Assembly: GCA_964016885.1 (NCBI GenBank)
Contig: OZ024742.1
Location: forward strand, 243,474,001-243,538,000
Source of the DNA: Eledone cirrhosa
Taxonomy: Eukaryota
Direction of reading: 5' to 3'
DNA: 64,000 bases
The position numbers and the translations under genes were made by a program. The notes beneath the pieces are model-generated. The model saw only the letters and a program-made list of their open reading frames with translations, was not told the origin of the DNA and made no database searches. Below, in pieces: positions 25,701-37,700 of the stretch; positions within the stretch are counted from its first letter, which is position 1, and each line of letters opens with the position of its first letter.

Positions 25701-28700
25701 TAAATTGATGACCCAGCCGTGGGAACTAAATGTTCCTTTAAAAAAAAAAAAAATAGAAGTAGTTTTTTTAAAAAGAACAACACGCAAGCTTTCTTGTATT
25801 GCATTGTATCAACACCATGTAAAACATTTCTTGTTGATAACAACACAACACGTGGTTTAACTTCCATGAACCCGCCTAAGACAACATTCTTTGAAAAGAA
25901 AAAAATTAGCTGTATTTTAAAAATTATAGCACGAAAACATTTTTCTTTCAATACGACTTCTTGCAATATCAACAGCAGCAGCAGCGACAACATTGGTTAA
26001 CCACTAACCATAAACAACGGAATAACTATGTGGCAGCTTTATAGCCTTACCGCCGCAAACCACCACACCTCATATTGTTTACTTCTATACTTCACCTATT
26101 CTATCGTCTGTCATTATAACCGCTACAACTTCTCACTGTCTTGCTGCAAACGGTGACTCGAGAATTAAAACAACAGCCTTCTCACCACATAATGGTGAAT
26201 TCGACGCTTGCATATCTTCACTGCTGTACAAAACTTCACGATTCATCGATGTTTCTAATGTCCGAAATGATTCAAACTCACAGCCTTTCTCACCACACTA
26301 TGGCGTCAGACGTGACTTGCATATTGGTGACTCTAAGCTCTTCAACGCTCGACTTCAATTCTACTGAAGATTTACTGTGACTTCGCTTCGATAGCAGCAA
26401 CAACAACAACAACTCTACTAGCTTCCTAGTAAGAGCAATAACATTCTTATCCCAAAGAAATTTCAACGAAAAGAAAAAGTGAACTTTTTGTTAAAAAAAC
26501 AATTATTTCTTTTTTTTTTACAGGCAATGTTTGAACATTTATTTCTTTTAAACTGTATAATATGAACATTCATTTTTTTCTCTATCATTGTATATATGAC
26601 TGCACGCACACATTTTCTTTGCTGTATTATATGCCTGCATATGCACACATATTTCTTTGTCACACACCAACATGTGGTTGTCTATAGTATATGATCTTCA
26701 AGCATTGTAATATTCTGCGAGATCCCTTTTCACCTGGTGGATGTACCAAAACATGCTGTCGACACATGCAGCTTAATTCCCCTGGACTCAAACAGGCACC
26801 GCGACACGAGAACGCTAATTGCAGCTGGATTCAAACAGCTTCACATCTTGTTGCAGACTCATCGTCCTATAGCATAACAACCTCAATCTTGTTACTTTAC
26901 CCGACTCACTGGGAAAACAACAAATGGAACTGGACCTGTCAGCATTTCCACCATTTCTCTTATGGATTCGCCAGAATTATGGAATTACCACTTCAACACT
27001 TCAACTACTTCCCACCTACAGATTCAACTTGCTTTTTTTCTTTTCAAAGCAACTAGCCATTTTTTCCTGGCTGCCTAGCACTTCCGGCAATTCATCTGGG
27101 AGGCCAACAATTTCTCGCCTACCCATCATCTTCTTGCCAGCTCTGCTACAACATTTACCATAACAGCTCCAGCTATACAGCTCTGGTATAACATTTACCA
27201 TAACAGCTCTGGTATAGCACTTACCATAACAGCTATACAGCTCTGGTAAAGCATGAACAGCACCATCATTGACAACAGCTACTGGTAAACTACCATAACA
27301 GCTTCATCCACAGCTCTGGTACAACACTTACCATAACAGCAAACATTTAATGCAAGAACAGCAACTTTTCCCATGTCAGACGTTATCCGTTTTCTGTTAG
27401 ACCCCAGGTGGTCATGCATAAATAGCAAAACAACTAGCTTTTGACACAGCGGCTCAACACGGCCCTTAGTGCCTCATTTTTCTTCTTGTATGCATTCTTT
27501 TGTTCAATTTTTTCATTGATGTGCTCTCTTTCAGCATTTTTCCTGCTGATTCAATCTTATATATCGTCTTTCAGACTAAATAGGGGGTATTGTAGTGACC
27601 TACATTCCGAGGGCTCATGGATACATTCTCCGTACATTATTTGGCTCAGTTCAGCCAATCGCTACCAGCATAGGAGAGTGTATCTCGAGTTCCGCCCAGA
27701 GGGGGGATTCCTGCGGCGATTCGAAACTCTCTCTTGCAGCTCAACACTGTGAAGGTAAATATCTCTTGCTTTCGTTCCTTCAGGCATAGACAATATGTAG
27801 CCACAGATATCACTACGGGTCTGGCTAACGCCTCAGCCAGTTGACCGTACATTTAAACCTTTATAACCTTTTTAATGATAACATTAACTATCCTCTCAAG
27901 AGACATTCTTCTAACCTTTGTAATCTGTAAATAAATTATATATAAATTATAAAGTCGTAAGATGCTATTTTCCACAACATTGCTTTTAACATCTTCAATG
28001 GTGACTTCTGTGATACAATACTCAAATACACACATTCTCAACACAAACATCTAAATAACTATCTTCTAAAAAGCCATCAATATTGATGGTTTATGATACA
28101 AACATATTGGTACACCATATATCAGAGAATATATTAATGAAGATATTAAAGAGAATTGTATTGTAGTATACTGAATTGAGCATACATTAACCCTTTAATA
28201 ACCAAGGATGACCATTAAATTGTTCATATTCAAATCATAAACAGTGAAAAAACCTTAAAATGCTAGATGGAATGCTTCGCAGTATTTGTTCCTGCTCTCT
28301 AAGTCATTTTTGCCTACCATCCTTTCAAGGTAAATAAAAATAAAAAAAGTCCCAGTGTAGTACTGAGCTCAATTCTTCCTCTATATCACTTTTTCATTTC
28401 CTCTTTATCTCTCTCTATCTCTCCTCTGGAAGAAATCAGCTGTGTTCTGACCTGGAGAGGGGATGTTTAAAGTTTAAAGTGCCCATGACACACTGTGTGT
28501 CATAATGGCACCCCAATGACTCCATCAAGAGTTACAAGACCATACATTCATTTAAATCATGAGGCAAACTAGAATATCTGGTGAAATTTTATAACATGCT
28601 ATTTTGGAAACAATTCAAAACCTGCCTGGTTCAAACATGCTATACATTGCTCCTCTATGTCAACAGTTAGAAAGGTGTACTGTGGAGAATTTACTGAAAG

Positions 28701-31700
28701 AAAAAGGACAAGAGGATGACCGACAAATATGCTATACATTGCTCCTCTCCATCAATAGTTAAAAAGGTGTACTGCAGGGAATTTACTGGAAAAAGGAGAG
28801 GATGACCAACAAAATGTTAAGTAGACAACCTCTGAGAGGATATTGGTTTCCCACTTCTTATATGTGAATGCCTCCCTAAAGATCATACTTCCTGAAACCA
28901 TTCAGATTCATAAAAATTAAGGGATTCACAGTAGTCCTATACTTTTAGTGCAATGTAATATGTTTAAATTCCAATCAAAATTTCATAACATCCCAAGTCA
29001 TAGCATAAGGTTTTAGTTGATCAATACCAGCATAATATACTAATATCTGATGCTAAAATATTTTAAAAGAAACTCCAGTTTTGATTAGATTGAAAATTAT
29101 AATTGAAACACTTTTGTAATCTATGCATTAGAAATATAGTCACAAAATCATCATAATTTTACATCGACTTTCCATGCTGGCATTAGTTGGATAGGTTGTC
29201 ATCACCCAAGTAAGCCGTTATTCTTGGTTACTGCCCTCCAAAACATGTTCCATATTTGTCATAGCTTTTACAACTGGTTGTCCTTAACACAACCACACCA
29301 CTGAGTGTATTTTATTGTGTGACAAACATTAGAGAGGTTGCCTTGTCCTCTACAAGATGATAAAATCCTCTCTACTCTATACTGTGTCTGTTCTTTCAAG
29401 ATTAACAAGACAGAAAGGGTGAATAGAAGAGAGACTCTTGAATAAGCAGACAATACATGGATATGAGTCAGGCAGGAGAAACTAAGTCATATGAGTAATG
29501 GGATAGTTGAGAAGGAAGTAATAGAAGATAGACAGTGTTAGCTATATGGTGATTGTTGGTAAGGAAATCGAATAGAAAAACAGTGTGAGCAGCAATAAAT
29601 ATCAGTGATAAGAAGAGAAAACACGTGATGGATTGTAATAGGTGAGAGTGGTATATGTCAATGAAGAGTACTGAATATAAACAGATCTAATGCTGTCCCT
29701 CGTTACACAAGACAGGAAAGGGAGTGAGTAAGAGATAAGAAGGCAATGAAGATGTCAGTATATGGAGACTTAACAAGAATATAATTCTAACTGAATATTT
29801 AAAACAGTTCATTTTGTGAGCTACAATAAAGCAGTAACTAAAATTAACAATTTTGGTAACCTGCAATTAGAATACCCAAAATAGATTGTGTATCAGTTTG
29901 ATCATGATTCTAGTTAAATTATGATTCTAGATATTAGTTTAGCTATATGAATTGTTTTTAAAAACATTATGTAAATCTAAATGTTTAATTTAACACCACT
30001 AAGATTTATAGAATTTAGTGAGAATGGAAATGGGTTAATTGTGAAAGCAATGGAGGCATGTGGAATCACATTCACATAAACATCTGTTTCTTTTATAATT
30101 TGCATGGAGAAAAAATTAGTTGCTTCTAATCATAAAAAGGACAATAAAAAGGCAGGAAGAATACATACAAAAAGTTATGGGTTTTGGGGGGTTGTTTTCT
30201 TTTAAGAGAAATACTTATAGTTTTATAAGCCTTTTACTCCCAGATATTATAAGTAAGTAGCAGAGAAAGAAATTATTAAAGTTCACAATAAAAGGAGTAT
30301 GAAATATTAATTATAATACAACTGCTTCAACAAGATAACTAGGGTAGCAGCAATCATCACAGGTTAAAATTATTGCTGCAATAAAAATAATGTTTAACTG
30401 TATACAAAGAAAAAAGAATGTGCGATTATAGCATTGTAAGAAGAATAAAACAAGGTGCACAGCAATATGCAATAGTAATGCAATTTGCTAACATTAATAT
30501 CCCAATTAGTCAACCCCTTTTTCTAGTGAACAGCAGTTACTATATTAATAAGTCATCTGGCAACCACATGATATACAACTAGTAAATAATTAAATGAATA
30601 AAGAGAAACTTAATGTCAAAAATTAATAACAGAAAAAGAGCAATAATAATATTGTTCTGTGGTAATTACAATTGAAAATATACAAGCTTGCCAAACTTCC
30701 TTTTTTCACAATTTTTTTTCAGGATTACAAAGCATGCAATTTGCATTCCAGACAAAACATAGCTACAATAACAACTAGTTTACTGGGAGTGATTAGCAAC
30801 TACAGTCACATAACATTGAGAAAGAGACACACAACACAGAAAGCAGCAACGACAATGTATGAAGCTTTATTTGACCTAAATTAAAACATATATTAAGACT
30901 TTTGTAAATGCAATGATAGAAGGAAAATTCATGTGTAGTAATATTATATCAAATGTAACAGTACTTGCTTATCAAAGATAATGTTAGATAATACAAAAGT
31001 AAAAATCCTGTCTGATAATGACACTTTATCATAGTTTCTACAAATTGTGAAATATCAGAAGTTGATAACCTAGATGAAATGCAGTTTGGATTTGTGCCAG
31101 GTAAAAGTACCACGGATGCTCTCTTCTTTGTGAAGCAACTGCAGGAGAAGTATCTAGCTAAAAGTAAACCCCTCTAATTAGCTTTTGTTGACCTGGAGAC
31201 AACCTTTGATAGAGTACCCCGTGCCATTATCTGGTGGACTCTTAGAAAACTACGAGTAGATGAGTGGCTTGTAAAGGCAGTACAAGCCATGTATAGAGGA
31301 ACAGTCTGCAATGTCAGAATTAACAATGACTATAGCGAAGAATTTAGTGTGCAGGTCAGGGTTCATCAGGGCCCTCTCCTGTTTATTATCATCCTACAGG
31401 CTAAAAGAGAAGAGTTTAAGACTGGCTGCCCATGGGAACTTCTGTATGCAGATGATCTAACCCTTATAGGTGAATCTGTGGCAGAATTAAAGAAGAAATT
31501 AAAAACCTGGCAGTATGGCCTAGAATCAAAGGGTTTTAAATTTAACTTGTCAAAGACCAAAGTTCTAGTATGTGGAAAGGAAAACAGGGCCCAGATTCCC
31601 TCAGAGAAATAGTCTTACTTAGTGTGCAGAAAAGGAGTAGGTATAAATTCCACCCTATGTCCCAAATGTGAGCTATGGGTACACAAAATTTGTAGTGGGA

Positions 31701-34700
31701 TTATAGACAGGCTATCTAAGAATGAAGGCTTTATATGCAGCCAATGCACAAGTGCAGTAAGTAGCAAGAGCCCACACGATACAAACTCCTTCAAATGCCC
31801 AGAGGGCTCTGTAGAAAGAGTCAACAGTTTCTGTTACCTGTGTGACCAAATTAGCAGAGGAGGAGGGTGTTTCGCAAGTATAGTAGCCAAAGTAAGGGCA
31901 GCTTGTATGATGCATGTATACAAACAGCAATGTTGCATGTATTGAGATCTGGGCACTATGAGCAGAGAACCTAGGGAGATTGGAAAGAAATGAAGCCTGC
32001 ATTCTCCAATTGATGTGTAATAGTAATATACATAAATGGCAAAGCATAAATAACCTGAGAGAGAAAATGGGCATAAGTGGGATCAGATGCAGTGTGCAAG
32101 AGAGGATATTGCGTTGGTATGACCATGTGATGAGTATGAAGGATGACACCTGTATAAAAAGGTTCAGGGTGATCAAAGTTGATGGAAGCTATGGAGTGGT
32201 AGACCTCGGATGAGGTAATAAAAGCTCACCTTGCACAATTGCACCTCTCAAAGGCAATGACACAGGATCTAGTTCTTTGGCATTAGGCAGTAATACAAAA
32301 GTTCCACCTTCCCATGCACACGGTTGAAGCATACATCTAGTATGCACCACTAAACCCCTATCCTCCCTCCCACTTCCACGCCATAATGCTCCACCCATAT
32401 CCTAATCACCCCACCCTTCTTGCACACTTTTACACACCCTGCCCCAGTCCCCAGCCTACACTGAAGTGGTCATGTAGGTGTCACAACAACAAACATCCAG
32501 CATACACTGTAAATGTGGTTGGTTTTAGGAAGGGCATCCAGCTGCAGAAACCATGCCAGAAATAGTTCTGTATGAGCAAGTCACAGTCACCTGACCTGAC
32601 TTGCTTCAAATGAGACAGCCCATTTAACCAATGCTAGTGTCAAAAATGGACATATGATGATGATGACAAAAAGTAACAATGAATACAAGTATTTTAAGGC
32701 CATTTTCCCTGCCATGACAGGTTTCATATTTATCATGGGGCATTCTTTTTGAATCGATATCACAACCCTTATGGTAACCTCTTACATGCAGGGACATAGT
32801 GTACCTATGCTCTACGAGATACACAGAGAATAAAAGTAACAATATCAATTCACTGCTCATCTAGGCAGCATTTAGCTTGTGGTCAATCATTAGATCACAC
32901 TGTTCAGATATTGAGAGTGTTAAAAACAAAAAGAGCTATATGGAATCTGTACTTAAAGTTTAAATTACTAAATGACAGGGTCAGTGAACTAAATGAGCAA
33001 TAGAATGTAGGAAGCTATTATCTTTAGTGAACAGTGTGAGAAGATTATCAATTCCATGGAGAAACCTGATAAAACATTGTTAGTGGAAAAGTACTTACCA
33101 CGAGTTCGGGGTAGAGCAAACTTATTCCCAGTTGGTGGTGGAGGACCTGCACAGGGAATAGAGGCTGGAAAGAAAGAAAGATTGAATGAATAAGTGAAAA
33201 GAAAAAGAAAAAGAAAAAGAAAAAGAAAAAGAAGAAAAAAAATAAAAAGAAAGAAAAAGACAGAAAGAAAAAGACAAAGACAGAGACAGAAAGAAAGAAA
33301 GACAGACAGACAGAAAGAAAAAGAAAGAAAGACAGGCAGAAAGAAAAAGAAAGAAAGAATTAATGACAAAAAGAAATAATTAATGAATAAATGAGTGAAT
33401 GGAAAGAAAGATTGAAAATTTTAAAAAAATGAAAAGTGGGTGGGTGGGTGCATGACTATATATGTGTATATAAGTGGGCTGGTAGGTGGGTAGATAGTTG
33501 AGTAGGTAGGTGGATAAACTGGTAGATAAGTGGGCAGGTAGGTGGAGAACAGGTAGTTGAGCAAGTAAGTAGGTAGGTAGGTATTATAGATGGGTGGTTA
33601 AACAGGTAGGTAGATGGGTTAGTAGCTAGGATAGTAGGTGGGTGAGTAGCTAGGAGAGTAGGTAGGTAGGTGGTTAGCTAGGAGAGTAGGTAGGTGGGTT
33701 AGTAGCTAGGAGAGTAGGTAGGTAGGTGGTTAGCTAGGAGAGTAGGTAGGTGGGTTAGTAGCTAGGAGAGTGGGTAGGTGGGTTAGTAGCTAGGAGAGTA
33801 GGTGGGTGGGTGAGTAGCTAGGATAGTAGGTAGGTAGGTGGGTTAGTAGCTAGGAGAGTAGGTAGGTGGGTTAGTAGCTAGGAGAGTAGGTAGGTGGGTT
33901 AGTAGCTAGGAGAGTAGGTGGGTGGGTTAGTAGCTAGGAGAGTAGGTAGGTGGGTTAGTAGCTAGGAGAGTAGGTAGGTGGGTTAGTAGCTAGGAGAGTA
34001 GGTGGGTGGGTGAGTAGCTAGGAGAATAGGTGGGTTAGTAGCTAGGAGAGTAGGTGGGTGGGTGAGTAGCTAGGATAGTAGGTAGGTGGGTTAGTAGCTA
34101 GGAGAGTAGGTAGGTGGGTTAGTAGCTAGGAGAGTAGGGGGGTGGGTGAGTAGCTAGGATAGTAGGTAGGTAGGTGGTTAGCTAGGAGAGTAGGTAGGTG
34201 GGTTAGTAGCTAGGAGAGTAGGTAGGTGGGTTAGTAGCTAGGAGAGTAGGTGGGTGGGTGAGTAGCTAGGATAGTAGGTAGGTAGGTGGTTAGCTAGGAG
34301 AGTAGGTAGGTGGGTTAGTAGCTAGGAGAGTAGGTAGGTGGGTTAGTAGCTAGGAGAGTAGGTAGGTGGGTTAGTAGCTAGGAGAGTAGGTAGGTGGGTT
34401 AGTAGCTAGGAGAGTAGGTAGGTGGGTTAGTAGCTAGGAGAGTAGGTGGGTGGGTTAGTAGCTAGGCGAGTAGGTGGGTGGGTTAGTAGCTAGGAGAGTA
34501 GGTAGGTGGGTTAGTAGCTAGGAGAGTAGGTAGGTGGGTTAGTAGCTAGGAGAGTAGGTAGGTGGGTTAGTAGCTAGGAGAGTAGGTGGGTGGTTGAGTA
34601 GCTAGGATAGTAGGTAGGTAGGTGGTTAGCTAGGAGAGTAGGTAGGTGGGTTAGTAGCTAGGAGAGTAGGTAGGTAGGTGGGTTAGTAGCTAGGAGAGTA

Positions 34701-37700
34701 GGTGGGTGGGTGAGTAGCTAGGATAGTAGGTAGGTAGGTGGGTTAGTAGCTAGGAGAGTAGGTAGGTGGGTTAGTAGCTAGGAGAGTAGGTAGGTGGGTT
34801 AGTAGCTAGGAGAGTAGGTAGGTGGGTTAGTAGCTAGGAGAGTAGGTGGGTGGGTTAGTAGCTAGGAGAGTAGGTAGGTGGGTTAGTAGCTAGGAGAGTA
34901 TGTGGGTGGGTTAGTAGCTAGGAGAGTAGGTAGGTGGGTTAGTAGCTAGGAGAGTAGGTGGGTGGGTTAGTAGCTAGGAGAGTAGGTGGGTGGGTTAGTA
35001 GCTAGGAGAGTAGGTAGGTGGGTTAGTAGCTAGGAGAGTAGGTGGGTGGGTTAGTAGCTAGGAGAGTAGGTAAGTGGGTTAGTAGCTAGGAGAGTAGGTA
35101 GGTGGGTTAGTAGCTAGGAGAGTAGGTGGGTGGGTTAGTAGCTAGGAGAGTAGGTGGGTGGGTTAGTAGCTAGGAGAGTAGGTAGGTGGGTTAGTAGCTA
35201 GGAGAGTAGGTGGGTGGGTTAGTAGCTAGGAGAGTAGGTGGGTGAGAAGCTAGGAGAGTAGGTGGGTGGGTTAGTAGCTAGGAGAGTAGGTGGGTGGGTT
35301 AGTAGCTAGGAGAGTAGGTGGGTGGGTTAGTAGCTAGGAGAGTAGGTAGATGGGTTAGTAGCTAGGAGAGTAGGTGGGTGGGTTAGTAGCTAGGAGAGTA
35401 GGTAGGTGGGTTAGTAGCTAGGAGAGTAGGTGGATGGGTTAGTAGCTAGGATAGTAGGTGGGTAAGTAGCTAGGAGAGTAGGTAGGTAGGTGGTTAGCTA
35501 GGAGAGTAGGTAGGTGGGTTAGTAGCTAGGAGAGTAGGTAGGTGGGTTAGTAGCTAGGAGAGTAGGTGGGTGGGTTAGTAGCTAGGAGAGTAGGTAGGTG
35601 TATGAGTAGCTAGGATAGTAGGTAGGTGGGTTAGTAGCTAGGAGAGTAGGTGGGTGGGTTAGTAGCTAGGAGAGTAGGTGGGTGGGTGAGTAGCTAGGAT
35701 AGTAGGTGGGTGGGTTAGTAGCTAGGAGAGTAGGTGGGTGGGTTAGTAGCTAGGAGAGTAGGTAGGTGGGTTAGTAGCTAGGAGAGTAGGTAGGTGGGTT
35801 AGTAGCTAGGAGAGTAGGTGGGTGGGTTAGTAGCTAGGAGAGTAGGTGGGTGGGTTAGTAGCTAGGAGAGTAGGTAGGTGGGTTAGTAGCTAGGAGAGTA
35901 GGTAGGTGGGTTAGTAGCTAGGAGAGTAGGTAGGTGGGTTAGTAGCTAGGAGAGTAGGTGGGTGGGTTAGTAGCTAGGAGAGTAGGTGGGTGGGTTAGTA
36001 GCTAGGAGAGTAGGTAGGTGGGTTAGTAGCTAGGAGAGTAGGTGGGTGGGTTAGTAGCTAGGAGAGTAGGTAAGTGGGTTAGTAGCTAGGAGAGTAGGTA
36101 GGTGGGTTAGTAGCTAGGAGAGTAGGTGGGTGGGTTAGTAGCTAGGAGAGTAGGTGGGTGGGTTAGTAGCTAGGAGAGTAGGTAGGTGGGTTAGTAGCTA
36201 GGAGAGTAGGTGGGTGGGTTAGTAGCTAGGAGAGTAGGTGGGTGAGAAGCTAGGAGAGTAGGTGGGTGGGTTAGTAGCTAGGAGAGTAGGTGGGTGGGTT
36301 AGTAGCTAGGAGAGTAGGTAGGTGGGTTAGTAGCTAGGAGAGTAGGTGGGTGGGTTAGTAGCTAGGAGAGTAGGTAGGTGGGTTAGTAGCTGGGAGAGTA
36401 GGTGGATGGGTTAGTAGCTAGGATAGTAGGTGGGTGAGTAGCTAGGAGAGTAGGTAGGTAGGTGGTTAGCTAGGAGAGTAGGTAGGTGGGTTAGTAGCTA
36501 GGAGAGTAGGTGGGTGGGTTAGTAGCTAGGAGAGTAGGTAGGTGGGTGAGTAGCTAGGAGAGTAGGTGGGTGGGTTAGTAGCTAGGTGAGTAGGTGGGTG
36601 GGTTAGTAGCTAGGCGAGTAGGTAGGTGGGTTAGTAGCTAGGAGAGTAGGTGGGTGGGTTAGTAGCTAGGAGAGTAGGTAGGTGGGTTAGTAGCTAGGAG
36701 AGTAGGTGGGTGGGTTAGTAGCTAGGAGAGTAGGTGGGTGGGTTAGTAGCTAGGAGAGTAGGTGGGTGGGTTAGTAGCTAGGAGAGTAGGTAGGTGGGTT
36801 AATAGCTAGGAGAGTAGGTAGGTGGGTTAATAGCTAGGAGAGTAGGTAGGTGGGTTAGTAGCTAGGAGAGAAGGTGGGTGGGTTAGTAGCTAGGAGAGAA
36901 GGTGGGTGGGTTAGTAGCTAGGAGAGTAGGTGGGTGGGTTAGTAGCTAGGAGAGTAGGTGGGTGGGTTAGCAGCTAGGAGAGTAGGTGGGTGGGTTAGTA
37001 GCTAGGAGAGTAGGTAGGTGGGTTAGTAGCTAGGAGAGTAGGTAGGTGGGTTAGTAGCTAGGAGAGTAGGTGGGTGGGTTAGTAGCTAGGAGAGTAGGTA
37101 GGTGGGTTAGTAGCTAGGAGAGTAGGTGGGTGGGTTAGTAGCTAGGAGAGTAGGTGGGTGGGTTAGTAGCTAGGAGAGTAGGTGGGTGGGTTAGTAGCTA
37201 GGAGAGTAGGTAGGTGGGTTAGTAGCTAGGAGAGTAGGTGGGTGGGTTAGTAGCTAGGAGTAGGTGGGTGGGTTAGTAGCTAGGCGAGTAGGTAGGTGGG
37301 TTAGTAGCTAGGAGAGTAGGTGGGTGGGTTAGTAGCTAGGAGAGTAGGTGGGTGGGTTAGTAGCTAGGAGAGTAGGTAAGTGGGTTAGTAGCTAGGAGAG
37401 TAGGTAGGTGGGTTAGTAGCTAGGAGAGTAGGTGGGTGGGTTAGTAGCTAGGAGAGTAGGTGGGTGGGTGAGTAGCTAGGAGAGTTGTGGGTGGGTTAGT
37501 AGCTAGGAGAGTAGGTAGGTGAGTAGTTAGGAGAGTAGGTGGGTGGGTGAGTAGCTAGGAGAGTAGGTGGGTGGGTGAGTAGTTAGGAGAGTAGGTAGGT
37601 GAGTAGTTAGGAGAGTAGGTGGGTGGGTGAGTAGCTATGAGAGTAGGTAGGTGGGTGGGTGAGAAGCTAGGAGAGTTGGTAGGTGGGTGGGTGAGTAGCT

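Noticed and set aside
25218-28050. Duplicated small ORFs suggesting a gene duplication
   Set aside because: They are chance ORFs within the two LTR copies
32989-33379. F/L-rich and K/R-rich ORFs
   Set aside because: Simple-repeat translation; only 33099-33164 is a real exon
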